The notes under the pieces were generated by a model. The model saw only the letters and a program-made list of their open reading frames with translations, made no database searches and was not told the DNA's origin. Below are positions 49,770 to 59,136 of a stretch of DNA of 64,000 nucleotides, piece after piece. Each line of letters begins with the position of its first letter. Position 1 is the first letter of the stretch. Source of the stretch: Bacteroidia bacterium (GTDB lineage Bacteria > Bacteroidota > Bacteroidia > NS11-12g > UBA955); the NCBI GenBank assembly GCA_965655465.1, contig CBFHGY010000003.1:12354-76353 (forward strand), written 5' to 3'. A program made the translations under genes and the position numbers.

Positions 49770-52700
49770 TCATTCTAGTGTCATGACCGTTGGATTGATT
49801 AAAATTTCATCGATAAAAATAAAGGCATCTCCATCAAAATCATATCCAGGGTGCCCTTTCGGAAGTTTACCAAAATTCTTTGCCTTCACTTTGATATATC
49901 TTGCATCGACTCCCTTTCTCCGTTTTTTATGTCCCATTATTATAGGATAAATCCCTATTGCGTCTCTGGGTACATACTTAAATTCATAATTATTAAAGGG
50001 TTTGTATTTAATCCCATCATGGGAATATTCCCATTCCACATTCGTTGGAAGAAAAATCCATGCACGCTCATCTGATAAAAATCGCGCGCCCAAATAATCA
50101 ATATGCGTTTCTTTATTTAGGTCAATAATCGCTTCAAAGTCTTGTTTTTGATACCCTTGCCAAGAACCCGATCTCCATTCCTCGCTTCCGAAAACGCCGT
50201 CTATTAATGCATCATCTCCCCCACCGCTGTACTGTGAATTATAAGCACCTTTTATTTCTAAGACCTTAAAATCATTCATTTGTTCGTGAATATACCTGGC
50301 GGTAAAGGGTTTATCCGCCCAATCGTTCTTTTGGAAATAGGCGGCCCAAACCAAAGTACTCCCTTGGAGTCTAATTTGAGTATCGGAATAACACCAAAAT
50401 CCCAAATGGTGCGCCCCAAAACCAGGAATTCTAGCAGGTTCTAAAATACGTACGTCCTCTGTTGGGGGAATCCATTTCAACACAGAATCTTTCCCCACTT
50501 CTTTTTCAAAATTCAATTTGGCAGCTCCAAAATCCAGATTCTCATCCATCAAACGAATCATAACATATACCGGATCTAATACCGATGCCCCTTTAATTTG
50601 TACATCATATACCGCTCCCTTTTTTACTTTAGAAGGACTAATTATTTGAGGCAGATATGGCTGAATTTTCCCATTTTGACCCAATTCTGATACCGTTACT
50701 TGGTTATCTCCGGAACCAGAAACCACTCCTTCCAATTCATTAATGGGGATCCATTCGAAGTGCACGGCTCGATGTATCATCAAGAAATCCTGAGAAATAT
50801 CCGCGATAACACCGTTTCTTTTTTGTATTAATTGCGAATAATTTTCTGGAATTTCGATGAATTTCTCTTGATACTTGTTTCGAGCATGCCCCTCTGAAAG
50901 CGACCAATACCCCGCATTTCCTATAGGTTGATCTTGTGTCCGTTTAGCCCGGGTAATAGAAATCGGACTTGCATCAGATTGAAAAATCAAGACGCTATCG
51001 AACCATGGAACCCCTAAACTCCATTGTCCGCTTCCCGGAGCTACGGGGTAGATTCCCAAAGCAGAAAGCACATGCCATGCGCTCATCTGTCCGCAATCTT
51101 CATTTCCAATGTAACCGTCAGGACCGGTAGTGTAAAACTCCTTTTGAATCTTTGAAATCAAGGCCTGAGCCTTCGCAGGCTTGCCTACGGCATTATATAA
51201 ATAGGCCATGTGGTGACTCGGCTCATTTCCATGGGCATACTGACCAATAAGCCCGGTAATATCGGCTTGCTCCCGTCCTTTGGTTTCACTGGAACCTTGA
51301 AACAAACTGTCTAAAGCCCAATCAAAAGATTGATTCCCTCCAAAATATTGAATGAGTGTAGGAAGATCCTGGGGAACGGCAAAACGATATTGCCAGGCAT
51401 TGGCTTCGGTGTAGTGATTGTTCACTTCATTCAGAAAATAGGGTTCCAAAAACATCCCGTTTTGTCTAGGTCGAAAACTCCTAGTTGCGTTATCCCACAA
51501 ACCTTTCCAACGTTCACTGCGTGCTTGGTAAGTTGCATACTCCTTTTCAAAGCCCCATTCCTTGGCCAAAGCGGCCACACAAGCATCGTCAAAGGCATAT
51601 TCCAAGGTTTTCGAAACCGATTCACTCTGATTTAGCACATCGATATATCCCAATTTCAATCCATATAATGTCAACAATTCATTGGCAATGGGAATATGAT
51701 ATTCGTAAGCCAATTCTTTATAATCCGAACTGTGAGTTACCGCTTTCCAAATTCTTTTTTGTTCCTCATCAGAAAAGTAAATACCCTGTTTTATCGCATC
51801 TAAGATTACAGGTACACTGTGAAATCCAATCATGCAATTGGTTTCACAACTTCCCAATTCCCAAACGGGCAAGCGTCCGCCATCTTCGTATTGATCTAAC
51901 ATGGTAAGTATAAAATCCCGAGTTCGGTTTTTATCAATCATGGAAAGCAAGGGATGTAACGATCTGTAGGTATCCCAAAGCGAAAAAACATGGTAGGTTT
52001 TATGTTCTTTTTTATGAATGGCTTGATCTCTACCCCGATAACTACCATCGACATCTGAAGCCAGAGAAGGATGAATCATGGTATGGTATAAAGCCGTATA
52101 AAAAATGGAAAACTGCGAATCCGGAGCGTTATCATCTTGAATTTTAATGCGACTCAATTCAGTCTCCCACGCTAATTTTGCAATATACACAGTGTTTTCA
52201 AAAGGAGGTATATTCTGAATGTGGTCTCCGCGTTCGTACCCGAAATCGCCATCAAGCATTTGATTTTGAAGGGTAAACTGTTGGTTTCTAAATGCCCCTT
52301 CAGGGGAGGTAAAGCTCAAACTGGTTTGAATCAATAAGGTATCCATGGGCAAATCAAATCCTAAAATCACTTGCGTAGAATCCGAGTTATAGCGCCATTC
52401 TTGTATATTTTCGCTGAATCTTGTGCTAAAAAATACCCATTGATTATCGGCCCATTGTTTGCTTTGTCGGTGACCGCGTATGCTACGGGAATCTTCAGAA
52501 ATCAATTGAGAACTCAAAAGTGCATCCCGGTGTTTCAAATCGATCAAAAGCCATTTTCTTCCGTTTTTTTTGGGAAATACCACTCGCTGGGAACCGGCAT
52601 AAAGGCTTGCGCTAAGTTCAACCTGTATGCCGCTTTCCGGGAATAGAACCCGGTAATATCCCGCTTCTGCATGTTCTAAATCATGAGAGAATCGCTGTTT

Positions 52701-53201
52701 ATACTTTTCAGGCTCAAACTCTGGATTCAATAAGGGCTGCATGAGAATATCGCCCAAATCAGAAACTCCCGTACCGCTTAAATGGGTATGAGAAAACCCA
52801 TATATAAATGAATCGTAATAATAATATCCTCCGCAGGCGTCCCAAGAGGCATCATTGCGGGTATCTGGACTCAATTGAACCATTCCGAAAGGCACCACAG
52901 CTCCTGGAAACGTATGTCCATGACCGCCGGTACCGATAAACGGATTAACATAAGGAACTCGTTCTAATTTCAGGGGGCGATTTTTACGAAAATTATTCAG
53001 GTCAAACTTCCCATTATCCGCTGAAATTTGATGGGGATTACCCATGTAATTTTTGCAAAAAATCGGCAAATTGAATTTTGCATTATTCGCAAAACTTAGC
53101 GTTTGAAATCCCATAAAAATCAAAAGGCACAACACTTTGAAACGAAAAGCAAAGTGCTGCAGGACTGGGGAATTTCCCCCGAAAACAAAAGGCCGCAACA
53201 T
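49770..53201 (-). CDS. Glycoside hydrolase family 92 (alpha-mannosidase) with a C-terminal extension of about 350 aa
   Basis: GH92 N-terminal signature VNPFIGTGGHGHTFPGAVVPFGMVQLSPDT. The core is about 750 aa and is followed by an extra C-terminal domain. 1143 aa in total. Confidence 0.8.
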   Translation of the reverse strand: MLRPFVFGGNSPVLQHFAFRFKVLCLLIFMGFQTLSFANNAKFNLPIFCKNYMGNPHQISADNGKFDLNNFRKNRPLKLERVPYVNPFIGTGGHGHTFPGAVVPFGMVQLSPDTRNDASWDACGGYYYYDSFIYGFSHTHLSGTGVSDLGDILMQPLLNPEFEPEKYKQRFSHDLEHAEAGYYRVLFPESGIQVELSASLYAGSQRVVFPKKNGRKWLLIDLKHRDALLSSQLISEDSRSIRGHRQSKQWADNQWVFFSTRFSENIQEWRYNSDSTQVILGFDLPMDTLLIQTSLSFTSPEGAFRNQQFTLQNQMLDGDFGYERGDHIQNIPPFENTVYIAKLAWETELSRIKIQDDNAPDSQFSIFYTALYHTMIHPSLASDVDGSYRGRDQAIHKKEHKTYHVFSLWDTYRSLHPLLSMIDKNRTRDFILTMLDQYEDGGRLPVWELGSCETNCMIGFHSVPVILDAIKQGIYFSDEEQKRIWKAVTHSSDYKELAYEYHIPIANELLTLYGLKLGYIDVLNQSESVSKTLEYAFDDACVAALAKEWGFEKEYATYQARSERWKGLWDNATRSFRPRQNGMFLEPYFLNEVNNHYTEANAWQYRFAVPQDLPTLIQYFGGNQSFDWALDSLFQGSSETKGREQADITGLIGQYAHGNEPSHHMAYLYNAVGKPAKAQALISKIQKEFYTTGPDGYIGNEDCGQMSAWHVLSALGIYPVAPGSGQWSLGVPWFDSVLIFQSDASPISITRAKRTQDQPIGNAGYWSLSEGHARNKYQEKFIEIPENYSQLIQKRNGVIADISQDFLMIHRAVHFEWIPINELEGVVSGSGDNQVTVSELGQNGKIQPYLPQIISPSKVKKGAVYDVQIKGASVLDPVYVMIRLMDENLDFGAAKLNFEKEVGKDSVLKWIPPTEDVRILEPARIPGFGAHHLGFWCYSDTQIRLQGSTLVWAAYFQKNDWADKPFTARYIHEQMNDFKVLEIKGAYNSQYSGGGDDALIDGVFGSEEWRSGSWQGYQKQDFEAIIDLNKETHIDYLGARFLSDERAWIFLPTNVEWEYSHDGIKYKPFNNYEFKYVPRDAIGIYPIIMGHKKRRKGVDARYIKVKAKNFGKLPKGHPGYDFDGDAFIFIDEILINPTVMTLE

Positions 53202-53244
53202 AGCAGCAAGTTAACCTGAAATACAGGGAACTCAAATAGGGTAC

Positions 53245-53270
53245 AAAAAAAAGGCCACCCAAGGGCGGCC
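53245..53270 (-). terminator. Putative rho-independent terminator after the OmpA-family gene
   Basis: The minus strand reads GGCCGCCC-TTGG-GTGGCC (one mismatch) followed by TTTTTTTT. Confidence 0.5.
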
Positions 53271-53292
53271 TAATTCTTAATGGAAACGATTT

Positions 53293-53934
53293 TTATTTTA
53301 CCGAAACGCTAATAATTGCTCGGCGATCCAACAAATACGTCTTAGAAAACGCATCTTGATTGGTTACAATATTTATGGCACCTTTTACACCTAAAGCTTC
53401 AGTAAGGAATTTCTTAACGGCTTCTGCACGACGCACGCGAAGGCGGTCGTTTACCGAAGAAGGTCCTGTTTTATCGGCAGATGCATTGATATTGATGGTG
53501 TAGTTATAGGTAGAAGGCGCTTTATCGATACCTGATTTCCAACGGTAAAGTTCCTGCATGGAAGCGGCTGAAAGCATTGCACTTCCGGTATTGAAGAATA
53601 CCACAGAGGTGTTAGAACGCTCAAACTCTGACTTCGATTCTTTTTCAAGGTTTTCGATGGTTTTCAATTTAGCTTCTAATTTTTCAACCACATCTTGTGC
53701 TTTTTTATTGTTGGCATCCAAGGCGGTAACACGCATGTCTACAGCCTGAATTTTGGCTTCAACGGGAGCTAAATCTGCTTTTGGCGGATTTTTAGCTAAA
53801 ATATCTTTGGTTTGTTCGGCTACGAATCCGGATAATTTGGACTTTTCATAGGCCTCTTGAGAATTGATGCAACTGCTCATAGAGAAGGACCCTATAACAG
53901 CTAAAGCGATTGTATTTAATGAAAATATTTTCAT
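53293..53934 (-). CDS. OmpA-family lipoprotein. The true start is the internal Met at 53934. The longer track ORF, extending to 54141, is rejected.
   Basis: Signal peptide with lipobox (IALAVIGSFSMSSC). The C-terminal OmpA-like peptidoglycan-binding domain is VVFFNTGSAMLS...NASADKTGPSSVNDRLRVRRAEAV. Confidence 0.7.
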   Translation of the reverse strand: MKIFSLNTIALAVIGSFSMSSCINSQEAYEKSKLSGFVAEQTKDILAKNPPKADLAPVEAKIQAVDMRVTALDANNKKAQDVVEKLEAKLKTIENLEKESKSEFERSNTSVVFFNTGSAMLSAASMQELYRWKSGIDKAPSTYNYTININASADKTGPSSVNDRLRVRRAEAVKKFLTEALGVKGAINIVTNQDAFSKTYLLDRRAIISVSVK

Positions 53935-54063
53935 AATATGTACGAAATTACGCCACTCGTATGAAGTTTCCCAAATCTTCATCGAACATTTACTTAGAAT
54001 CGTGGAATGTGCATAGAAAAAGCGACAGTCTGAGGCATTTAATCTAAGTTGTATCTTTGCGGC

Positions 54064-55080
54064 ATGGCCAATATCTATATCCAAGACGTAACCTTGCGCG
54101 ATGGGCAACACGCAATCAAACACCAATACAGCCTCGAACAAGCGAAATCCATCGCTCGAGCTCTAGATCGCGCTGGTGTTCATGCCATAGAGGTAGCCCA
54201 TGGCGATGGACTTTCTGGGGGAAGCTTTAATTACGGCTTTGGTGCCCATACCGATTGGGACTGGATAGAGAGTGTGGCTCAAGAATTAAACAACGCCCAA
54301 TTAACGACCTTATTATTACCCGGAATAGGCAGTATTCATGATTTACAGCGCGCCAAAGATGCTGGAGTTGGTTCGGTCCGTATTGCCACCCATTGCACCG
54401 AAGCAGATATTGCCATTCAGCATATCGGTGCTGCACGCAAAATGGGAATGGATGTAGCCGGATTTTTAATGATGGCCCATATGAACGATCCTGAATCCTT
54501 ATCGGTGCAAGCTAAAATCATGGAAGATGCCGGTGCCCATTGTGTTTATGTTACCGATTCTGCTGGAGCATTGCTCATGAACGATGTTAAAGAACGGGTT
54601 CAGGCCTTTAAAAGTGTCTTACGCCCTGAAACTCAAATAGGAATCCACTGTCATCATAACCTATCCTTAGGGGTAGCAAATACTATCGTGGCCTATGAAC
54701 ACGGGGCCACTCGATTAGATGCCTCATTGGCGGGCATGGGTGCAGGGGCTGGAAATGCGCCATTAGAGGTGCTCATTGCCACTTTAAATAAAATGGGCGT
54801 AGATTCTGGCTCTGATTTGCATCAATTGATGGATGCTGCCGACGATTTGGTTCGGCCTTTGCAAAGTCGTCCCGTACGGGTAGATCGCGAAACCCTTTCT
54901 TTGGGGTATGCAGGTGTATATTCCAGTTTTTTATTGCACGCGGAAAGAGCTTCACAGCGCTACGGAATTGATACGCGCACTATTCTTGAGGAATTGGGTC
55001 GACGCAAAATGGTGGGTGGACAAGAGGACATGATTGTGGATGTTGCATTGGACATGAAAATACAACAAGAAAAACGCTAA
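54064..55080 (+). CDS. 4-hydroxy-2-oxovalerate aldolase (MhpE/DmpG/BphI family). The likely start is MANIYIQDV.
   Basis: DRE-TIM aldolase motifs ([37 protein letters not shown]). It has the C-terminal DmpG communication domain. Confidence 0.88.
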   Translation: MANIYIQDVTLRDGQHAIKHQYSLEQAKSIARALDRAGVHAIEVAHGDGLSGGSFNYGFGAHTDWDWIESVAQELNNAQLTTLLLPGIGSIHDLQRAKDAGVGSVRIATHCTEADIAIQHIGAARKMGMDVAGFLMMAHMNDPESLSVQAKIMEDAGAHCVYVTDSAGALLMNDVKERVQAFKSVLRPETQIGIHCHHNLSLGVANTIVAYEHGATRLDASLAGMGAGAGNAPLEVLIATLNKMGVDSGSDLHQLMDAADDLVRPLQSRPVRVDRETLSLGYAGVYSSFLLHAERASQRYGIDTRTILEELGRRKMVGGQEDMIVDVALDMKIQQEKR

Positions 55081-55113
55081 TACGCGAGAAAAATCCCGAT
55101 AGGTTATAATGGC

Positions 55114-56022
55114 TTAAAGAGCCTCTGCAACTGCTTTCGCCGCGCTTGTCATGATATCCAAATTTCCTGCATACTCGGGGAGGTAATGTCCGGCACCTTG
55201 AACTTGCAAAAATACCGTGGTTTTCAAGCCGTGAACATTACCCAAGCCCTCAATAAAAACGGGATTTTGTTCGGAAATTTCTTCAAACTGCACATCTTGG
55301 TGTAATCGGTAACCTGGAACGTATTGTTTCACGGTTTCGACCATCTCTAAGATACTTGCTTCTACAGCCGCTTTATCTGTCAATGCGCTCAAGGTAAAAA
55401 CCGTATCGCGCATTATTAGCGGAGGTTCAGCGGGATTCAATACGATAATCGCTTTGCCTTTCTTTGCACCTCCTACTTTTTCTATTCCCAATGAAGTTGT
55501 TTCGGTAAACTCATCGATATTGGCACGGGTTCCAGGTCCTGCGGATTTAGATGCAATCGAAGCTACAATTTCTCCATAATATACAGGTGTTACCCGATTT
55601 ACTGCGGCAACAATGGGGATAGTGGCTTGACCTCCACAGGTTACCATATTGACATTAGGAACATCCTGCAGGGAAGCCAAGTTAACGGCTGGAACCATAA
55701 AAGGGCCAATTGCGGCAGGGGTTAAATCGATTACCTTCTTACCTGGAAACTGTTGTATTTTATCGTAATTATAGAGGTGTGCTTTGGCTGAGGTAGCATC
55801 AAAAACAATTGAAATTTCTGCCCATTCTGGCATTTTTATTAAGCCATCAACCCCTTCATGCGTGGTTGCTACTCCCATTCTTTGAGCTCGCGCCAAGCCG
55901 TCGGAAGCTGCATCTATTCCCACCATAACCGACATTTCGAGGGTATCCGAATACCGCAACACTTTAATCATTAAATCTGTTCCAATATTTCCAGACCCAA
56001 TTATAGCTACCTTCTTTTTCAT
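55114..56022 (-). CDS. Acetaldehyde dehydrogenase (acetylating) (MhpF/DmpF/BphJ family)
   Basis: N-terminal Rossmann motif [18 protein letters not shown]. Catalytic Cys region ([11 protein letters not shown]). 302 aa. Confidence 0.88.
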   Translation of the reverse strand: MKKKVAIIGSGNIGTDLMIKVLRYSDTLEMSVMVGIDAASDGLARAQRMGVATTHEGVDGLIKMPEWAEISIVFDATSAKAHLYNYDKIQQFPGKKVIDLTPAAIGPFMVPAVNLASLQDVPNVNMVTCGGQATIPIVAAVNRVTPVYYGEIVASIASKSAGPGTRANIDEFTETTSLGIEKVGGAKKGKAIIVLNPAEPPLIMRDTVFTLSALTDKAAVEASILEMVETVKQYVPGYRLHQDVQFEEISEQNPVFIEGLGNVHGLKTTVFLQVQGAGHYLPEYAGNLDIMTSAAKAVAEAL

Positions 56023-56024
56023 CT

Positions 56025-56834
56025 TTATTTAACGTTAAATGATACCGAACCTAATCCTTCAATTTCTGCATTGAAATGATCGCCTTTATCTAGAGGAACC
56101 ATCGGGCCAAGAGCTCCGGACAAAATTATATCACCCGCTTTAATGATAACGCCTTTTTCTAAGAATGTATTGCAGAGCCATAATACGGCATTCAAAGGAT
56201 TGCCCATGCACGCTTGAGCGTTGCCTTCTGAAGCAAGTACTTCATTTCGATACAATTTCATGGCTGCATGTTGAAAATCGACTTTTTCTGCTGGCAAACG
56301 GGTTTCCCCCAAAACAAAATGAGAAGCTGAAGCATTGTCTGCTACTGTATCCGTAATTCTAATATTCCAATTTTCAACCCTTGAACCTACGATTTCAATT
56401 GCCGCACATACATAATCGATTTTCTCTATCAGTTCGTCGCAATTTTTTAAGGGTTCGGTTATAGGCGTATTCAGCACAAAGGCCATTTCAGCTTCCGCTT
56501 TGGGTTGTGAAAGTTCTTCAAAATTCAAATACGCATTATCAGCAATTTGTGTATGCGCAAAAAGCACCCCAAAATCGGGTTGTGACACGCCTAATTGCTG
56601 CTGTACCGCCGCTGAGGTAAGTCCAATTTTATATCCCACAGGAACCTTTCCATCTTCAATAAAATGTTGTACCAAGCGTTCTTGAACGGCGTATGCCACA
56701 TCAATATCCGTTTCGCCAATAAGTTCGCGAACTGGGGCAATATAGGCGCCCGTTTCAAACGCTTTTTTAAGATTTTCAAAGGCTTGTTGTACCGCAGAAT
56801 TCTGAGATTGCATGCTACAAAGGTACACATGCAA
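56025..56834 (-). CDS. 2-keto-4-pentenoate hydratase (MhpD/BphH family). The start could instead be the internal Met at 56813.
   Basis: It belongs to the FAH-fold hydratase/decarboxylase family. Its neighbours support a hydratase role. Confidence 0.7.
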   Translation of the reverse strand: MHVYLCSMQSQNSAVQQAFENLKKAFETGAYIAPVRELIGETDIDVAYAVQERLVQHFIEDGKVPVGYKIGLTSAAVQQQLGVSQPDFGVLFAHTQIADNAYLNFEELSQPKAEAEMAFVLNTPITEPLKNCDELIEKIDYVCAAIEIVGSRVENWNIRITDTVADNASASHFVLGETRLPAEKVDFQHAAMKLYRNEVLASEGNAQACMGNPLNAVLWLCNTFLEKGVIIKAGDIILSGALGPMVPLDKGDHFNAEIEGLGSVSFNVK

Positions 56835-56941
56835 ACAAGAATATTATACCATTAGAACATATCGCAATGTGTAACTTATTGTACGCTCTCGTCACTTTAA
56901 GAAAAAAAATCGTCATTTCCCGTAAAATATAACCGAATTTT

Positions 56942-57715
56942 GTGTGCATGTCGAGAATCGAGCAAATTGCTGCTGCCCTTCATCACGCACAACGTACACA
57001 AACCCCAACTACACAATTCAGCCTCAGCCAATCATTAAGTTTGGAAGACGCCTACGCTATACAACACCAGCTTATCCAACTTAGAATTGCTGAAGGCGAA
57101 CAATTATTAGGTATTAAAATGGGATTCACTTCTGAGGCTAAAATGGCTCAGATGGGTGTTTCCGAAATGATTATAGGTCAGTTGACCGATGCGATGTACT
57201 GCCCCAATGGTGGGAGCATCAAACAAAAGCAATTTATTCATCCTCGGGTAGAACCGGAAATTGCATTTCGCTTATCCCAAGATATTGTTGCTCCAATTGC
57301 ATTGAACGAGGTACTCGATTATGTAGATGGAGTTTGCGGGGCACTTGAGATCATCGATTCGCGTTTTGAAAACTTTAAATTCTCACTAGAAGATGTTATT
57401 GCAGATAATTGTTCTTCTGCTGCCTATGTATTGGGAGATATGCAAGCCCCAAAAGACGTTCTTACCGATTTGGAAATCGACTTATTTATAAATGGGAAAC
57501 GGGTAGAACAAGGCAATTCAAACGACATATTGGGAAATCCATGGAAATCACTGGTGGCCGCGTCAGAGCTTGCCTCAAAATATAACTTAACCCTAAAAAA
57601 AGGCAGCATTGTTTTGGCAGGAGCCGCCACTTCGGCGCATTTTATTCATAAAAATGACGAAATCTCTGCGGAGCTGACCTCCTTTGAATCCGTTTTCTTT
57701 AGATCGGCAGAATAA
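56942..57715 (+). CDS. MhpD / 4-oxalocrotonate decarboxylase family paralog
   Basis: It is a paralog of the preceding gene (shared blocks GIKMGFTS, GALEIIDSRFENF, IVLAGAATSA). It is divergently transcribed. Confidence 0.65.
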   Translation: MCMSRIEQIAAALHHAQRTQTPTTQFSLSQSLSLEDAYAIQHQLIQLRIAEGEQLLGIKMGFTSEAKMAQMGVSEMIIGQLTDAMYCPNGGSIKQKQFIHPRVEPEIAFRLSQDIVAPIALNEVLDYVDGVCGALEIIDSRFENFKFSLEDVIADNCSSAAYVLGDMQAPKDVLTDLEIDLFINGKRVEQGNSNDILGNPWKSLVAASELASKYNLTLKKGSIVLAGAATSAHFIHKNDEISAELTSFESVFFRSAE

Positions 57716-57817
57716 GCAGCGGCGGGTTAATTAAACCCAAATATAACGTCTCAATAACATTGAGGTAATACTAAAGTATGTGTTTTGCATTCGTTAAAAG
57801 ACAACAAACACATACTC

Positions 57818-59029
57818 ATGAAAAAAATCAATTCTTTTCTATTTGCAGCTACTTTGTTAAGCTCTAGCTTCGTGTTCAACGCTTGTGGCGATGACACCAC
57901 AGATAACGGAGACAACAATAACAACACGAGCAGCGAGGTTATCATTTCTGAAAACATTAAAGCTAACACCACCTGGACAAAAGATAAAACTTGGATCTTA
58001 GGCGGTCGTATCGCTGTTGAAGCAGGTGCAACTTTAACCATTGAAGCTGGAACCGTAATCAAAGGTCAAGCCGGAACTGGAGCCAATGCAACTGCATTGA
58101 TTATTGCTCGCGGTGCTAAGATTGATGCTCAAGGTACTGCTTCTGCTCCTATCATTTTCACCTCTATTGCGGATGAAATTAAAAGTGGTATGATTGAGTC
58201 TCCAAACTTAGCTCCCGACTTTAACGGTCTTTGGGGTGGTTTGATCGTTTTAGGAAATGCTCCTGCTTCCTTAAAAGCGGATGTTCCTGAAACCAATATT
58301 GAAGGAGTTCCCGTAACAGACCCTAATGGTTTATATGGAGGTAATGATGCTGCCGATAATTCTGGAGTAATCAAATACGTTTCTATCCGTCACGGTGGTG
58401 CGAATATCGGTGAAGGTAACGAAATCAATGGTTTAACCCTTGGTGGTGTTGGCAGTGGAACCGTAATTGAAAATATCGAAGTTATTGCAAACCAAGACGA
58501 CGGTATCGAATGGTTCGGTGGCACTGTAAACGTTAAAAACGTGATTATCTGGAATGCAGGTGACGATGGTTTAGACACCGACCAAGCTTGGGCAGGTACT
58601 TTAGATAACTTCATCGTTGTTTGTGGTGACGAAACCGACCACGCTTTAGAAATCGACGGTCCTGAAGGTGCTGCAAATGCAGGTCACAACCTAATAAACG
58701 GTTGGGTTAAAGGACATGCAGTATCTGAATTAGGCGATTTCCGTTCTAATGCTCAAGGAAGTTTCAAGAACATCTACTTCTTCAACTTTGACGCAGGTAT
58801 GGTTGACGGTCGCGGTGATTTATCTTTAGATGCAAACACTGTTGGCAACTACGGAACTTCATTGACCTTTGATAAATTAGAAATCACAACCGATTCTACG
58901 GACCTTTCCAAAATCTTTAAAGGTGGAACGGTAGCCAATGCTACTAAAGTTACTACTCCTACAGTTGGTGCGTCTACTGGAACATTTGCAGGATGGTCAT
59001 GGGCTGCTAAAGTGGAAGCTTACAAATAA
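57818..59029 (+). CDS. Lipoprotein with a parallel beta-helix-like repeat region. The likely start is MKKINSF at 57818.
   Basis: Signal peptide and lipobox (SSSFVFNACGDD). There is a poly-Asn/Asp linker. It has repeated G-x-T/A-x-I blocks (AGATLTIEAGTVIKGQAGTGANATALIIARGAKIDAQG). Confidence 0.5.
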   Translation: MKKINSFLFAATLLSSSFVFNACGDDTTDNGDNNNNTSSEVIISENIKANTTWTKDKTWILGGRIAVEAGATLTIEAGTVIKGQAGTGANATALIIARGAKIDAQGTASAPIIFTSIADEIKSGMIESPNLAPDFNGLWGGLIVLGNAPASLKADVPETNIEGVPVTDPNGLYGGNDAADNSGVIKYVSIRHGGANIGEGNEINGLTLGGVGSGTVIENIEVIANQDDGIEWFGGTVNVKNVIIWNAGDDGLDTDQAWAGTLDNFIVVCGDETDHALEIDGPEGAANAGHNLINGWVKGHAVSELGDFRSNAQGSFKNIYFFNFDAGMVDGRGDLSLDANTVGNYGTSLTFDKLEITTDSTDLSKIFKGGTVANATKVTTPTVGASTGTFAGWSWAAKVEAYK

Positions 59030-59136
59030 TTCTTAACAAAATTTAATCAACGATTAACTAAAATACCCAGTAAAGGTTCAGGTTTCTCCCCTGAACCTTT
59101 ACTTATAAACACCGCGATCCTATTTACACGCAAAAA

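Noticed and set aside
53293-54141. 282-aa ORF as the full OmpA-family gene.
   Set aside because: The N-terminal 69 residues precede the signal peptide and lipobox and would overlap the convergent aldolase gene start. The true start is MKIFSL at 53934.
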